A stretch of 64,000 bases of DNA. It comes from Curvularia clavata. Lineage: Eukaryota. The stretch spans positions 2,790,001-2,854,000 of the forward strand of contig CP089279.1 in the NCBI GenBank assembly GCA_023920165.1, read 5' to 3'. Under the pieces are notes generated by a model. It was not told where the DNA came from and made no database searches. It saw nothing but the letters and a program-made list of their open reading frames with translations. The translations under genes and the position numbers were made by a program. Of this stretch, positions 36,756-51,006 are shown piece after piece. Within the stretch, counting starts at the first letter, position 1, and each line of letters begins with the position of its first letter.

Positions 36756-37946
36756 GGTGATGCGAAAGTTCTCGATGGTGATAGTGAGTACTACGACGCA
36801 TCTTCTGGCCTTGATATATACTCATTGCTCGTCCGATAGTTCTTGTCGCATTGCCATGAACTATTCCTCTCATTTCGGAGACCAACTCAAACCAGGCGGT
36901 TTAGCGAATGTATGCTTCCTTATGGAGAATGCAGCGCCGACTGTGTCCACTTGGGATGCTGTGCCACATATCGATTGTATGGGTATTTGCAGAATGCTAG
37001 CCTTGCAATGGGCTAGAAGCCGGCGAAAAACCTCTGGCGGCAAGCGATGGGCGGGGGGTGTGGCGAGTCTACTGCAGGGCAATGTGGGCCGACGGAGCAC
37101 TGGAGGATCGGACGGGGTAGGCCTAAGACTAGGGGCGGATCCTTGCCTCGGGCATCGCAGCCACAATCGGAAGTCGTCAATTGTATAGAGTTTGCACGTG
37201 GCCGGCCCCTTGAAGGGTCAGGAACTTGACAGCCGGCTCTGTCTTGGCCAGTATTCTTCATCTTGGTATTCGGCAACGACGCTCGTTTGGGTAGTGATGA
37301 AGCGAGCAAGCATTGCCCAGCCTGCGCACTGAATCACAATGGTTGTGCCGATTAAACTTTCCGAACAGGCTCGTCCGCTTAGGATAGTGCGGCAATATGC
37401 TGGTTATATCTTGTTTCGTCTTATTAGCATGTGGCAATATGACATGCTTCTTCGTTGAACATGGAATGTGGTCCTTGGTTAGATTTTACTGTAGTTTCTA
37501 GCTAGCGTCCGTGGCGTTTCTTTGTCACACCATTGCCATCCCCACATGTCGTACCGCTCAACACGATAAGACCCCCTTTCTTAACGGCACATAGCCAACT
37601 CTAGCAGACGCCATTTCCGTGCCATTATTCGCCGGTAGTTTTTCACAAGGTTTGCACTATCGAAATACCATAGTCGGTCGCGCTTCTACACCCGGCAGTT
37701 CATGCCGGTCAGGAACACGACTCATGTCATTTAGTCCCGAACCTTGCTTGACATGTCGCATGAGTAAATCCTGAGCACATGGCGTCCCAGGAATACCTTG
37801 CGTTCGCAGGCGATGGATAAATGTCAGTACCCGTCCCACTGTCGATCACTTAAGACTCGTTCGCGCGTCCTTGCGCACCAGCTCCAAACCCGCACTTCAA
37901 TCTCCATGGACTTGCCGTCTGAAAAGTGAGGCACACACGTATAACC

Positions 37947-39457
37947 ATGAAGTTTTTCATTCGCAATTGCTTCTTGCTATGGTTCTCTGCAATATCCGTG
38001 GCCGCTGCAACACAGCAGAAATCACCTGCTCAGCTTCCCGTATGCGCTGTAAGTCATGCCTGTTTCGCAAATCCCCACTTCTCAAAAGCAAACATCTTGC
38101 TGACCATTACAGCAACTCTGTCTTCTAAGCGCATTTGGGACCAACACTTGCACTCCGACAGATCAAGCGTGCATCTGCTCCAATGCCGTCTTTCAGCATA
38201 ATGTAACACTGTGTGTGAGCGCCAGCTGCACGATTCCTGAAGCTTTGAGTAATGGCACCAATTCCCACGCAAAAGAATCGATCACTGACATCCACGAAGC
38301 AACTAGAAATATCAGCCTTACCACTTGTGGAGCACCAGTACGCCACCGCGGAGAACACTATGTGACCTTATCGAACGTCATGGTGTGCATAGCCGCCGCT
38401 TTTGTTGCCATTCGTTTCGCCTTCAAAGCCACCGTATCGAGACTCGACTTTGGCTACGACGACTGGTGTGTTCTTGCAACACTTGTAGCTGCCACACCCA
38501 GCGCCGTCATCACCGTGTTCGGCACTGTGAAGAACGGGCTTGGTCGAGATCTATGGACCCTAACCCCAACGGAAATTACCAATATGTTGCACTACTTTTA
38601 CATCATGGCGTGGCTATACTTTACCCAGCTCACACTACTGAAACTCACATTGTTGTTCTTTTACATCCGCGTGTTTCCCAGCAAGGAAGTCCAGCGACTA
38701 CTATGGGGTACTGTCATCTTCACTGTACTTTGGGGTGTCGCTTTCATCATCGTCGCGGTATTCCAATGTCGGCCTATCCACTACTTCTGGACTAAATGGG
38801 ATGGAATGCATGAGGGCACATGTCTAAAGATCAACGCCATCACTGCATCCAACGCAGCCATCTCGATCGCTTTGGATTTCTGGATCCTCGGAGTACCTCT
38901 CTGGCAGCTTTGGGGTTTGAAGCTACACTGGAAGAAGAAGGTCGGTGTAGCACTAATGTTTTGTGTCGGCACCTTCGTTACAGTTGTAAGCATTCTGCGC
39001 TTGCAGGCTTTAGTGCACTTTGCTGCTTCTTCAAACGTAAGCTGGGAGTTCTACGATGTCTCTGTATGGAGCACGATCGAAATCTGCGTTGGAATAATGT
39101 GGTAAGTTACCTTGTTTCAGCATTAACTATTGTATCCGTTAACCCTTTTCCAGCGCCTGCCTTCCGACACTCCGTCTTCTCCTAGTCAGACTCTTCCCTA
39201 TTCTTGGTGGCTCTTCGGCACGCAGCCGTCAACAATACTACAATTACGGAAGTGGCAACGAGCTCAAAAACATCAGTCAGACACCGAAATCCTACAACAT
39301 CAATACTGCCGTATCGAGCCCTCGGAACGAGTCCTTCGAGGACAAAGTTGAAGACGGCATCAGGGTTCAGATGTCGTATAAAGTAAAGCATAGTCATCAT
39401 CAAGGCGACACAGATGAAGCAAGTCTAGTAAGCCACGAAGGGCAGCAGAGGCGGTAG
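37947..39457 (+). CDS. CFEM-domain Pth11-like seven-transmembrane receptor
   Basis: Signal peptide, CFEM (LPVCAQLCL..TCTPTDQACICSN..CVSASC), GYDDW, GLGRDLW, KLTLLFFYIRVFP, FQCRPIHYFW, WSTIEICVGIMCACLP; three introns. Confidence 0.92.
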
Positions 39458-40132
39458 GACCGAAATACTTTGTACACATATAATGTCATTTGAATGAAAG
39501 TCAATTCTTCCACTACCTGCCGCTTTCCATGTGAGCGAATGCATTGTTTTGATGCAAGCAACTACAGCTGCCGAAACCTTCTTGAAACAAGCCTTGCATG
39601 CTCTCTAGCAGCACTTCGTTGTCTGTAACTTTCCATCTGGCCGGTAACTGCCTTGATCAACATGCGCTGAAGCACCTACCCCTCGTTTCCTCGGCTTACC
39701 CACCAACGGGTAGTGTAGATCACCGGAATATCACCGAGGCCCAAATGGAAATAACTCACTACCATGAGAGATCCATGTGTCAGTGGTCTCTGCGAATGTT
39801 TGTGCGAAGAGGTTCGATCGAAAAAGAATTTGCATCCTGGGGTTAGTGTGCCGAATACGCACGGAGATGAACCACCCTAGAGTCTTTAAGGTTGGCCACC
39901 ATTCCCGATACTGTCGCATCTGCCACGTGATTAGTGCCGTATGGGCATAATACGAGGTGTGCCGAGGCTGTGAAAAGTTGTCGCAGTGGAGCGAAGCTGA
40001 TCAATCACATGTCTGTGTTTGCGATATTTGCCGATTGCAAGCTCACGAGCCACGCAGTACGCATGTTGAACCAATCTTTGGTTATTTAGGTACCACGCTG
40101 GATGCCGAAGAGCTCCGGCCGGCGAAACGCCA

Positions 40133-40177
40133 CACCAGCCAGCACCGCCATCACCGCCATCACCGTCATCACCATCC
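40133..40177 (+). repeat. Imperfect 9-bp tandem repeat (CACCGCCAT)
   Basis: caccgccatcaccgccatcaccgtcatcaccatc. Confidence 0.7.
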
Positions 40178-41312
40178 CTACGAGTACATCCACCAACTGT
40201 TTTGTGCTGAATTGTTTTGAGGATTTGTAGCCTTGGAATTGATTTTTGGAGATGGGCTGCAGAACTTCTAAAGCTACTTGAAAGCTCTCAGGACGGCCGG
40301 CCGAATACGGGAGCTTTCTCTGTTCTATTCTGCAAGCTTTGCCTCCAACGAAGCCTGACGCGTGTGAAAACCTGATGAACTAAGTCACCTCTGCCTACTC
40401 CTAGTTGATGTCATAATTCCTCTGCCCTCCGAAGATACACGCCTCTTTCACCATGCGCGGCGATCATCAGGCAACTCTACCGTGGTAATCAGCACGATCT
40501 TCAGGACAACCTGGCACGCGATCATCGCTTCCGCTGTCCCAATTGCTCTCCGGCAAAGGCCTATGCCCTGTCACGTATCAGGGGCTACGTCAACAAGGAG
40601 TGGATATACTAGCGAGTAAGTACACGCTAAAGCAAGCGGGGATTATACTTCAACCTATCCCTTCTTACCTCCATAGACTCACCTGTATGTAAATATTAGC
40701 CCCATCGAGCAAGATATCCATGAGTGTTGCACTAGCGCCCAAAGTTCAATCTCCCAGTGTAGCAAGTGTGACGCTCTAACATCGGCATACACAAAATCTC
40801 CAGGAACAATCACTGACTCGTCTTTGACGATCTCGTTTCAGGCAAATCATAGCAGAGCAGCTCATAGATGATGATAATGCTAATTGGATTGTTGGAGAAA
40901 CTAGCCTAGTTGTCTAGCAACGAGGTGTAAAGGAGATGGGTCGCGGTCTGTTGCAAGAAGATCATGTCACGAAAACATTTTGTGATCACCAATATGTCTA
41001 CCATGTCTTGCTTCATAATAGATGCGTAAGCATCTACTAGTATTTGCGTAGCAAAACAAGTTAATAGATAGGTAACAATCGTAAATGTAGAGAGTGTCGG
41101 GCTAAACAATCAAGCTATATATCCGGCTACAAAACCGGGCTCAGAATCGCAGCGTAGTAGGCATGTGTTGAACTCTAGCTCTAGAAAGGAAAAGTGGGTG
41201 TGTTGAGGGATGGACATCCACTTGGCGTTGAAGACTTTTCAATGCGCTGGTTTAGTCCTGTCATATGGACATTGCCTCGTATCAATAATCATCCAAAACC
41301 ATTCCAAGGAAA

Positions 41313-44141
41313 TCATTCTGGCATGAAGTCTTCGTCGCAATATTCAAATTTTGGTAGATCTGAATCGTACCACCACTTGAATTTGCACTTCTTGCAAGCG
41401 TCCTGGATGCCGCATTGGATGTTTCTGTAACCACGCCGAAAAACATGCCCACGACTACCTGTACCACACCTGTGTCTAAGCAACACCTTGCGGAACCATA
41501 CCAAATGTCCATGGAACTTGTTCATACCAGGCATCGTCAAAGTAGGTTTGATCGTAACATACAAATCCCATTGAGGATCTGACACGATCCAGAGTAGGAT
41601 CTTGCTCTCAGTCAAGTCCCATGCCTCATGGAAAGATTTTTCACGATCTGACCGTTTGCTGTTATATAAGACTGCTAGCATCGAAACAAGATGTCGGATT
41701 ACCCATGCATCGTTGACTTCTTCAGAAGCTGCGTTCGTGATATAGGCGCATATTCCACTGGGCATCGCTTCTGTGTTTATGAAAACGCAGGCTTGGGAAG
41801 GGTCCAAGGCACAATGAGGCTCTACGGTAAGAGCATGGACAGTGTTGGTGGATCGAAAACAGGTCTTGTAAACTTCGTAAAGCTTCGCTCGCGGATTCTC
41901 ACAGGTGCCTTCGATGAAACCATTCAGTCTTCTGGCATAGTTCGTGGTCTCGCGGCTGTCGTGGAAGCTAAGAACGACACGACCTGACAGCCTGTCAAAG
42001 TCAGATACAGTGGCACAAAGCACGCTCGTTTGGCTATTGGCGTAACGCTGGAAATAATTCTCGTGGCTTGAAGCCCAGGCTTCGCGCAGCTTGAGCCCCA
42101 GCTCTTCGGCCGAAATGATCAGCTCATTTTGCTGCAATATAGGCTCTAAGTGCCAAATCTTCTTGGCAACTGATTCAGCAAGAGCAAGATACGTCAACTC
42201 CCGTATGGGCATGCCATCGCCATCTTTGCGGTATTGTACATAGAGCGAAATCAGGATTCTCTGTGGCGAAGAATCTTGCGTGTCCTTGGTCTCTTGGCTC
42301 CCTGTCCAAGCCTGTTCGATGGTTTTGATATCTTGGGCATGTAAAAGGAACCAACAACGCCTCATTTGAACTGTATGAATCCTTCGATAGCCCGTGTTTG
42401 TGAGATGATTGCTAGCAGCAGTGTCGTTTCCGGTAATGTACAGCCCTCGTACTCGTGCCTCATACTTTGCGCCTTCCCAGACCCTGATGTCAACATGTTT
42501 CCCTGTAGTCTCAAAAAGGGGTTGGAGAGAAGACTCAATGGTGGAGTCCATTGCATCAAAAGGTAGTTTCTTAGGCACCCCAGTTGTTTCATCTCCGCTA
42601 ATAGTAGCGGCAGGTCTATTCCCATACCAAGAATTTGCATACCCTGGTATTGAGAGAATGTCGGGTTCTTCGACGATTGTGTAAGATGATTGCGAACCTT
42701 TGTCAACGACAGACATCAGCTGTCTTATGATGCTAGGCCGGAAGATATCACGCGCCCAATCAACGATGTAGTCTACAATGAGAACCAGTTGAAGTGCTTC
42801 GTCATAGCCAGTAATACTCCCTTCCCATAGAAGAACAACGTTCTGCTGATATGTCAACAAAGGCACAAGGAAACCTATCTATCAACTCACATAATGTGGC
42901 AGATCACTTGGATTAGCTTTTGTGACGTAACATCCGTATACCCTCCACATCTCACCAATATACGCAAGAAACCAAGATAATGGCCCGCCTGGTATCTGCA
43001 TCTTGTTAAATTCATCTTCTTGGAGCTTGAGCTGTAGGTACAGATGATTTCGTATCGGTACTGCCGTTTGTCTCTCGATTTCCAAGAAATTGCTTTTGCT
43101 TTTGAGGCTTTTGGCTTCCATTACCAAGAAAGGGTATATTGAGGCTCGCCCACCACTATCTGGATTGCAGCTGATAGTTAACCTTTCGAGTAATTCATCG
43201 ATCTCAGGGTCTTCTCTCAAATAAGAATTGTGTGGTCGCTGCAAAATCTTCTCCATGGCATCTGTAGTTCTTAGCCCGTAGATTCGATCCGGTCGCATCT
43301 CTATCCGGTGGTCATTCTCGGGGTCACCCTGTATGACGCTTCGCTCGCCAATACGAGTGCTGAAGATTTCACTCATTCCTGTGCCCAAACTAGGTTCGTG
43401 ATTAGTTGTGATTCGTTGGCTCGAGCACTTCATCAGCTTACATGCCAGACGGCTTTGACCATGGCTCACATTCGCATACTAAGCGATTTTTTTGACGCTC
43501 TGCGAGGGTCGTTGTTCGACTGTTGCTTTCCATCGGGTTGACCTGGACAAAGGACTGCCACAGACGTCTACGGCATTGCTGGCTACCTTCCATCAGCATA
43601 CGAGATCTGAAGCAAATCGAGCACGGAATCTATCGTACCATGCAACTTCGATTTCAAATCGTTGAAAGATGCAACTTTCAAGCGCCATCCGCCAGCCATC
43701 CTCGTTCTGAGCGTCAATTCTTGATTGGATGGCCTTCTGGCTTACCCACGTTGCCCGCCTCTTATTTTCAAGCTCCCATGGCTTATTGGTGATATCAGGT
43801 CGAGGTTGCACTGCATATGACTCGTAACTGATCTGGCCCAATTGCTGGATGTGCTCGAACTTCGTCTTATGCTGTTCAGGAACATTTCCCGAACGACTTG
43901 GGCTGTACTTCCGTGGGTGGAACGTGATGCGGAACTCTTGAATCATCTTCGCATCAGCTTCAGCTTTTTGGGCTTCTGTTTGTTTTTCTGGAACAACATC
44001 GATTGACGTCTTTCTCTTCCTTTTCTTTGGTACTGAATTCGATGTTAAGCTTGACGCCCCATCTCTTTTTCGTTTCGTTCTGTTACTAGCAATAATTGCT
44101 TGGTGTTGTGCATCGCTCCCCGCTCTTAGTTTTGGAGCCAT
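41313..44141 (-). CDS. Large uncharacterised protein with a PD-(D/E)XK-like nuclease core
   Basis: ORFs 43593, 42882 and 41313 plus one short exon join via GT-AG introns. Motifs RPDRIYGL...YPFLVMEAK...EIERQTA..IR..L.LQ, preceded by EVACQQC..CEC and a KKRKRK basic patch. Start may be 44369. Confidence 0.65.
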
Positions 44142-44719
44142 GAGTGATGGACTGGAAAAAGAAGTGGAATTTGGTGGCTTCGGTCTGAGTCCTTCGGGAT
44201 GTAATTCGAATAGGTTTTTGACAGCATTGCTTCTCGACAACTGGTCGTGACAATATGTGGCACGGCTGGCGCTATTATGCAAGGAGCCAAAACAGCCGGT
44301 CAGGGGGATACACTCGTCTCCACTTATTGGGGCCAAAAACCCCAACAGAGATCCTTCATGCAGGGGCATATTCTGATGCAAGGGTTTGAGACTCTCTGGT
44401 AACTACACCCTGCTTCAGGATCTCTTGTTTCTTACCTCAATTGTAGTTCTCCTGCTCTAGCGCGGACGGAACAGATGTTGGTCGTCCGAGGGTGTTCGTG
44501 CACTAATGCGCCAATCACTCTACTTCCAACACACATCCTCCGTATCAGCTGCAGACATCGGGGACACGCCACTTTGACCAGCTGAAAATCTTTCCTCTTG
44601 AGGCCGCACGTGAACAGGAAGCGTTTAACATGTTTGTCAAGGCTGACTTCAACGTGGGCAAAGATGAGTTTCTCTACACGTATCCACGTACCCGCTAGGT
44701 GTGTGCACAAAGAGCGACA

Positions 44720-45260
44720 TTGTAATTATTAACGCTGGCTATTAGACACGTATTAACTAATACCTATAGAAAAGAAGTTTGTATATATGGGGGTGTAAGA
44801 TATCCGCTTGACGTTGAAGCCTTACCAGTTCGCTGGTCTAGTCGCTGGTAGACTGTTAGTAGAATTTTGATACAGCACAAGATAGAAAAGAGAGAACTTT
44901 GTGTTAACAGCCGTATATTCACCAGGCGAATCGCTATCAAGCTTCTCAAGCAATTACTATAACTCTATAGTCCTACATAGTCTCTTACTCACTAAAGTTA
45001 ATATAGTTAGATAGAGTTAGACTACATTAGTCCAAGTTAGGCTTGATTCCAATAGTTTTTTCTCTTAGGCCATAGCTACTCTAGCTATACTAAATGAATT
45101 ATATATAACGTACCCCATAGGCTAGCCGCACACACAGGTTGGCCGCTATTAAGGGTAAAGTTCTTAAATGGAAGTAATATAAGACTTCTAGTATCGAGAC
45201 TCTAGAGGCTAGTTTTCGCGGATAAAGTAATAACTATCAAAGTTGATATATGGTTCGACT
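44720..45260. mobile_element. AT/TpA-rich RIP-degraded repeat relic
   Basis: Very high density of TA/TAG/CTA (e.g. 44950-45110) and no credible ORF. Confidence 0.55.
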
Positions 45261-45755
45261 AAAGGTTCCTGATCTTTTCTGTCGCATCACGTTCCCCAAC
45301 GTTAACACAATCTGTACACGCCATAATTCCTCCCTTTCTACCTCCAGCTTATAAACCTCCCAAGATCTCAAGATATTTCTCAATATCATCAACGTACATA
45401 TGATACGACTGCTTGTATATACTTCCACAAATGCGTAGATAAACAAAGTCAACAGTGAATGACAGTAAAAGTGAAGGCGGGGGGTACTCAAAACTCAACC
45501 CGGCTCAAAAGGCGCACGGGCACGGTACTAGCTACAGTCACGTTGTAAAAAAATAGAACTTTTAGCCTTTTGGTATCCTGCTGCGCTTGTCATACAATGA
45601 CCGTCGTCGCCTATCATGCTCGCTTCCTGAGTCGTGCTCGCTATCGTCGCGTCTTCTCTTATATGTACTGAGCTTGAAGAGATAGATCCTCGTGAGCATA
45701 ACTATATGTGGTAACCACTAGGTTTCACAGGTCGTATATCCTCCGCATGATATCA

Positions 45756-47453
45756 CTAAGAAAGTAGGACAAGCTTCCACCAAGCGCACCGCTCGTTCGC
45801 TGCGGGGTCCCTAATCTGAGTTGTACCTTTGTCATCCAGACTGAGGATTTTTGCATTGGCTCCGTATATGCCGATATCAGGAGGATTCATGATGGATGTA
45901 GTAGGTTGTCCACTGATAGCAAAACTTGTGATAAGGTCTTGAATGGCACGGGCTACAGCGGTGTTGGTCACAGCTGCCGAAATCTCCGAGCCTTCATGGT
46001 AAAATGTGTATGGAATATCCTGTGCATGTGCACCCGGTGATACTGCAAACAAATACGCATAAGTTTGGTTACTATAAGCACCCCTGACGGCAGCGGCATT
46101 GCAGTTGACGATGGTGTCACTAATTGTCAAAGCTGCCCGTTCGGAATTGGTAATGTAAAGCGAGGTATTAGAAACGGGAGGGTATAGGACTGTCCTTATG
46201 TGTTCAAGGGTTTCATCATCAGCACTTGGATAGTAGGCCCTGATGAAGTCGTTGTAAGCAGCATCGGAGGTGAGATTTGGATGGGCAAAGATCTTCCCTT
46301 CGTTTGAGGTATGGCTTGCCAAAAGATGTACCCTATGGTCGAACTGTCCGTGGATCAGGAGCTGTTTGGGGTCTTGCGTGACAAAGTCGCCGTCGACAGC
46401 TGGACCGAAGGTAAATTGCCCATGTAATGAGCTAGAGACTAGGGCCGCATTAGCCAGCATGAGCTCTTCTGGCGAGAGACTTCGAAGTTCCATCAGAGAG
46501 CTGACATTAGCCGCATGCAGGAACGCCTGGAAAATAGCCTCCTGATAACTGGGAGAAGGCAGCGGAATCCAAATTGGGGATTGGGGGATTGCTCGTTGGA
46601 AAGGTGCTGATGATCTGCCGCCATAGGCCTGAGGTAGCATTACGTACGTCACAAGATTACAGAATCGGAGTCTAACATACTGTAAGCTGATGCACTACTG
46701 ATCCTCCACCAGCAGAGCATCCCATTACGGTAACCCGACTTCTATCACCTCCGAAGAAGTGAATGTATTTTTGAACCCATTCTAAAGCCATGCGTTGATC
46801 GCGAAGCCCTACGTTAGCTGTTCCATCCTTCTGAAAAGTGGGACCCGCGAGCCCACCGAATGCGCCCAGGCGATAATTCATTGCAACAAATATCATGCCA
46901 TCCGGAGAGTTTTCCCGTGCTCGCAACATCAAGCCGTAAGGGTCTGTCTGGTAATCTTTGGCCCCATAGGCATTTCCGCCTCCATGTATCCAGACCAGCA
47001 CCGGGGCACCAGAAGTGCGATTAGTCTTGCTGAAGACATCCGTCGGAACAAAGACATCCAAAAGTAAGCAGTCTTCGCCTTGGGTGAGGGATTTGAAGCC
47101 TTCCGTGGATTGGGAAAATTGCCAGGCTGGGACAGCTTGTGGACATGCGCGTCCATGACTGCCATCTTGTATGAAAGACCTGTTTACTTCGGGTGGCTGC
47201 GGCGCTCTGAAACGCATATCGCGAATCGGAGGCTTTGCATACCGTATGTTTGAGAAGTTGTAGAATCCAGCAGCCTATCAGCAACGGATCAGTAATTCTT
47301 CGGGGAATAATGAAGTGAAGAACTGACACTGAATGTGGAGGCACGATGTATCTCGTAGCCTAAATCCACAGTTGGAAACGATTCTGAATCCCGATTTCCA
47401 TGACTGAACCCGTGATATAGGGTTTGAGCTGCTAGGAGTTTGATTAGATGCAT
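45756..47453 (-). CDS. Carboxylesterase type B (COesterase family)
   Basis: PTVDLGYEIHRAS / YNFSNIRYAKPP..RFRAP, EDCLLLDVFVP, VLVWIHGGG, NYRLGAFG, nucleophile elbow GCSAGGGS, SNEG, HAQD; two introns. Confidence 0.88.
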
Positions 47454-50147
47454 GTAGGAAATGTATTACGTATAGTGGGTGGGGGAGAATGAAGGACAGA
47501 GTTGACTGAAGATCTATGAAACAGGAAGCTATATAGGCATGGTCACTCAGCTCAGAGGTTCCAAAGATCTTGACTTGGTCGCCGGTATGTTGAGTCTTAG
47601 CGCACTGCAAGGGTAAGTGGGTCTGCGGCTGTTCTGCATTAGTATGTGATTCGTAATTAGGTATTTATGTTTCTAGGTCATGGAATGTGCTGACCTGCTT
47701 GAGCCTAGACACCCTTCACATGCTAACAGCAAAATCTGGGTTCTCCGATTCCGGTTTGCATAGCACCTACAAGCTGGATGGGGCATTTTACCAGCTTCCT
47801 GGATCCAACCGGGTACTTCATCTCATGAGCTCATACAACCTATCCTCAAAGCTCGGCCCATCAGGTTTTCAGACACTTACGCCCTCTGTGCACGGCTAGC
47901 AAGGCCTCCTAATCTCCAGGTGGGGAGGATGGCATGAGGACACAACTAGTTGCGATTACATTAAGCTGTGTCTTTGTCAGTCAGAGAGCGCGAGTTTAGT
48001 ACTGAACCAAGTGTCTCCTCTGAACTTTACTCGGTCAGACCATTATTTACTCAACAACTTTCCGAATTTAGAGCGCTGACAATGAATATATTTAGTTATC
48101 TTCAGCTTTCAAATTGGAGAGGAAAGAAGCGGTACTCTCCGTCCACAGTCAGGGGCGCTTCGACGCGCGTTTCACGCTTTGGGTCACAACTTTGTATCGT
48201 CCGGTACAGCCAGCTAGTTATATCATTGCCGTTGAGGAATTACCTTGAAAGAAACTATCCAAACATGTTTCACACTTTGACAGTCTTCCGTTCTTTTGAT
48301 GCCAAATAATAGACGAGAGAAGGGGTGCCCTGCAATTTGTGAAGTTCTTTCAGTGTAGCCTCAGACCTGTATATATTCTGCATACTATGCATTGCTTATT
48401 GGCGGAGTGAAGGAATGTGGAGAGGCCATGTGTGGAGGGTACCATAATTAGTCGGGTGGCAGTGCTGTAAAATATCAGATCATTTGCGTTACCGTTCGTA
48501 TAGAGTCCAGGCTTTTCGGATTACTCCAGAATCCTACTAATCAACAGCTGAACTGCTTTCTCCAAGTAGGTTCGTAATAGAAGTTTGATGTTGCTCTACC
48601 CCGCCCGCAACAATAGGGGCTGTGCGACATCTGCCGTGCCTTCCGGCCCCACGATCTCGACGGACAGGCTGTAGCTCATAGGCTGGCTCTATTCGCTAGA
48701 TCATCACAGGCGTTGCAACAGAACCTTGTTTCAACCGTCCAGCTGAGTCAACAGAGCTGAAAATGGAGGCATGTGAGAGTGGTGGGGTTAAAGATACGTA
48801 AGGCTGCGAAATCGTTAGCTGATTGGCGCCTTATCGTACAGAGGCATGTATGGTTAGCTGTACGTCGCCTTGGATTTTCTTGTTTGTTCTCTTATAATTT
48901 TGTTTGCTTTCTCGAAAGCTTCCGTTCTCTAGTCGTACTTATACACGCCAGCTTGAAAGCCCTATTCGCTAGTATCGCGACCATCAGGACAGTACAAGCC
49001 GCAGCTCTCAGCCAAACCTCCACCCCAAGCTCAACTGCTCAGCCAGCTGCTACCGTGGACGCGAAGCAGCAGCTTTTCTGGGGCGTTTTGTCAGCCCTCA
49101 CGGCTGAAAGGCGCTTTCAAAGGCTTCTCGTCCAGAGAGAGCGTCTGGTTACTGAGAAACCTTGAGGGAGCTTACTGTCTTCGATTTCGATAATTCTCAG
49201 CCCGCTAGCTGCGCAAAAGGCGGGGCTTATAAACTTGCCGTACGCAAGTATTGCCTCTGATTTCCCGAACCACACGACAGTCTTACGTTTGGGCTTAGAA
49301 CATCGAAACGTTCCCTATAGTCGCGGGTCTCAGTATCAGTATGGTTGTTTGCTTTCTCGAACCTTGCGGCATCAAATCAATACATCTCAACAGCCTGTGC
49401 ACCGCAACCGCCATTCGACCTATGCGCGATGTATACGTCCGCATCCTGTGCACGAAACTCGCGAAGCCTTTGAACGTACGTAACGTTACCCCTCCTACAC
49501 GCATCAGCCCCATCAGCAACGCGCCACTTCTACAGCCATAATTACAGCTACGGTGGTGAGCGGAACCGGTTTCCGGTTCCTGCACTTCGGTCATCCTAAG
49601 CGTACGGCTGCTAGAAGGCGCTTTGTTGAATAGTTAGATAATAGCGCTACGCAGGTGCGGTACATGAGGCTTGGCAAGTGGTGACATCACAAGCTGCGCC
49701 CAATATGCAATTAGCAGCGTACATTTAAACAGTGAACAGATTAGGCCAGGGTTCTTCTACGAACGTAGGTGGTAGGTTCGCAGCAGCTTGACTACTGCCT
49801 CATGCCCGTTCCGTGCTGCCCACGAGAGCGGCGTCTCTCCGCTTGTCTCCTCGCGTCAACATCTGCGCCTGCGTCCAGCAACAGCTTCACTATCGCCTCG
49901 CGTCCTGACGCAACTGCCCAGTATTGCGGCATCGATTAGGTAGTATCAATAGACGGATGTAATGCCAGATGTGCAGTATTTGCCGTTCTCGTTACCGGCA
50001 CGGGCTGGGCGTCGCGACCCGGAAAAGTGTTATCAACACGAACTCTGTGCCTCCAATGCTAATTTACGGCGTTCGAAGTATGTCGACTTGGCTTTTTTTT
50101 GAGTAGCATGTGTGAGCATGTTTGAGCTCAGTACAGTCCGTGTAGCT

Positions 50148-51006
50148 TCAGACGTGCTCCCCAGCGACCTTTCTGATCCACGCTACCGTCTCATCGACAT
50201 GGCTCAAAAGTGGACTGTGTGAGCTCTTGAATCTATAGTTCCGAAGCTCTCCGCTCTTATCCCTTATCATGCTAGTCATGGCTTCTTGTAGAGTATTCAG
50301 AATCACTAGATCTTCCTCGCAGATGAGGTAGTACGTTGGGATCTGGTTCCACGCCTCTCCTGTAGCCTTGGCCGTGAAGGGATGAAGCGAGTGTGTGCGA
50401 GACACCTCTTTGAACCAGTGCGTACGTCGATCAGGTGGCAGGTCGTTATAGAAGACGTCTTCGGCATTGTCGTGGAGAAGCGCAAACTCATCATCCAGGA
50501 GTCCTATTAGCAAGCATATACATGATTTGTGCGTACCACAGTATCCATCGAAGATTGCTTACTTTGGGTGACCACGACGTCAAGGGCTGCCCGTGATTGA
50601 CTTCGGTCAAGCTCTCTCCCTGAGGCACCATATAAGCGCACAAATACCCACACCGAACCACACCACCGTTTCCACCTCTTGCTTTCCTTTCTTTGCTGCC
50701 ATAACCAACCAATGCGCAGCCTGCTACCATACCAGCCCAGGAACGAGGGCACACTATCACGTCGTTTCCAGATCTAATGGCCTTTTCAATAACGGACTGC
50801 ACGGCGGCAATATCGGCAGAGAGACCCTTGGGCGGATTGTGGCCGGTAACCAAAGGAAGCTGCGTAGTGTGCATAGTGTAACCAGCCGCTTCAAGCTTCG
50901 GGATGATAAGAGAGTAACAGAAGGGATAGTGCCACACTCCGAGCAGGAGTACAATTTGGTGTTTAGTCGTTTGAGGATCGTGTTGGACAAGCAAAGTCAA
51001 ATGCAT
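50148..51006 (-). pseudogene. Alpha/beta hydrolase (methylesterase-like), probably degenerate
   Basis: LGVWH, RSWAG (usual HSYGG), VFYNDLP, IPTYYLICEEDLVI, SSHSPLLS. The obvious intron (GTAAGC..GCTAATAG) joins the two halves out of frame. Confidence 0.55.

Noticed and set aside
49562..49580. Hairpin GGAACCGG-TTT-CCGGTTCC
   Set aside because: An isolated 8-bp stem could arise by chance and has no supporting context.
48650..49950. Coding-like degraded sequence
   Set aside because: I could not reconstruct a recognisable protein or element.
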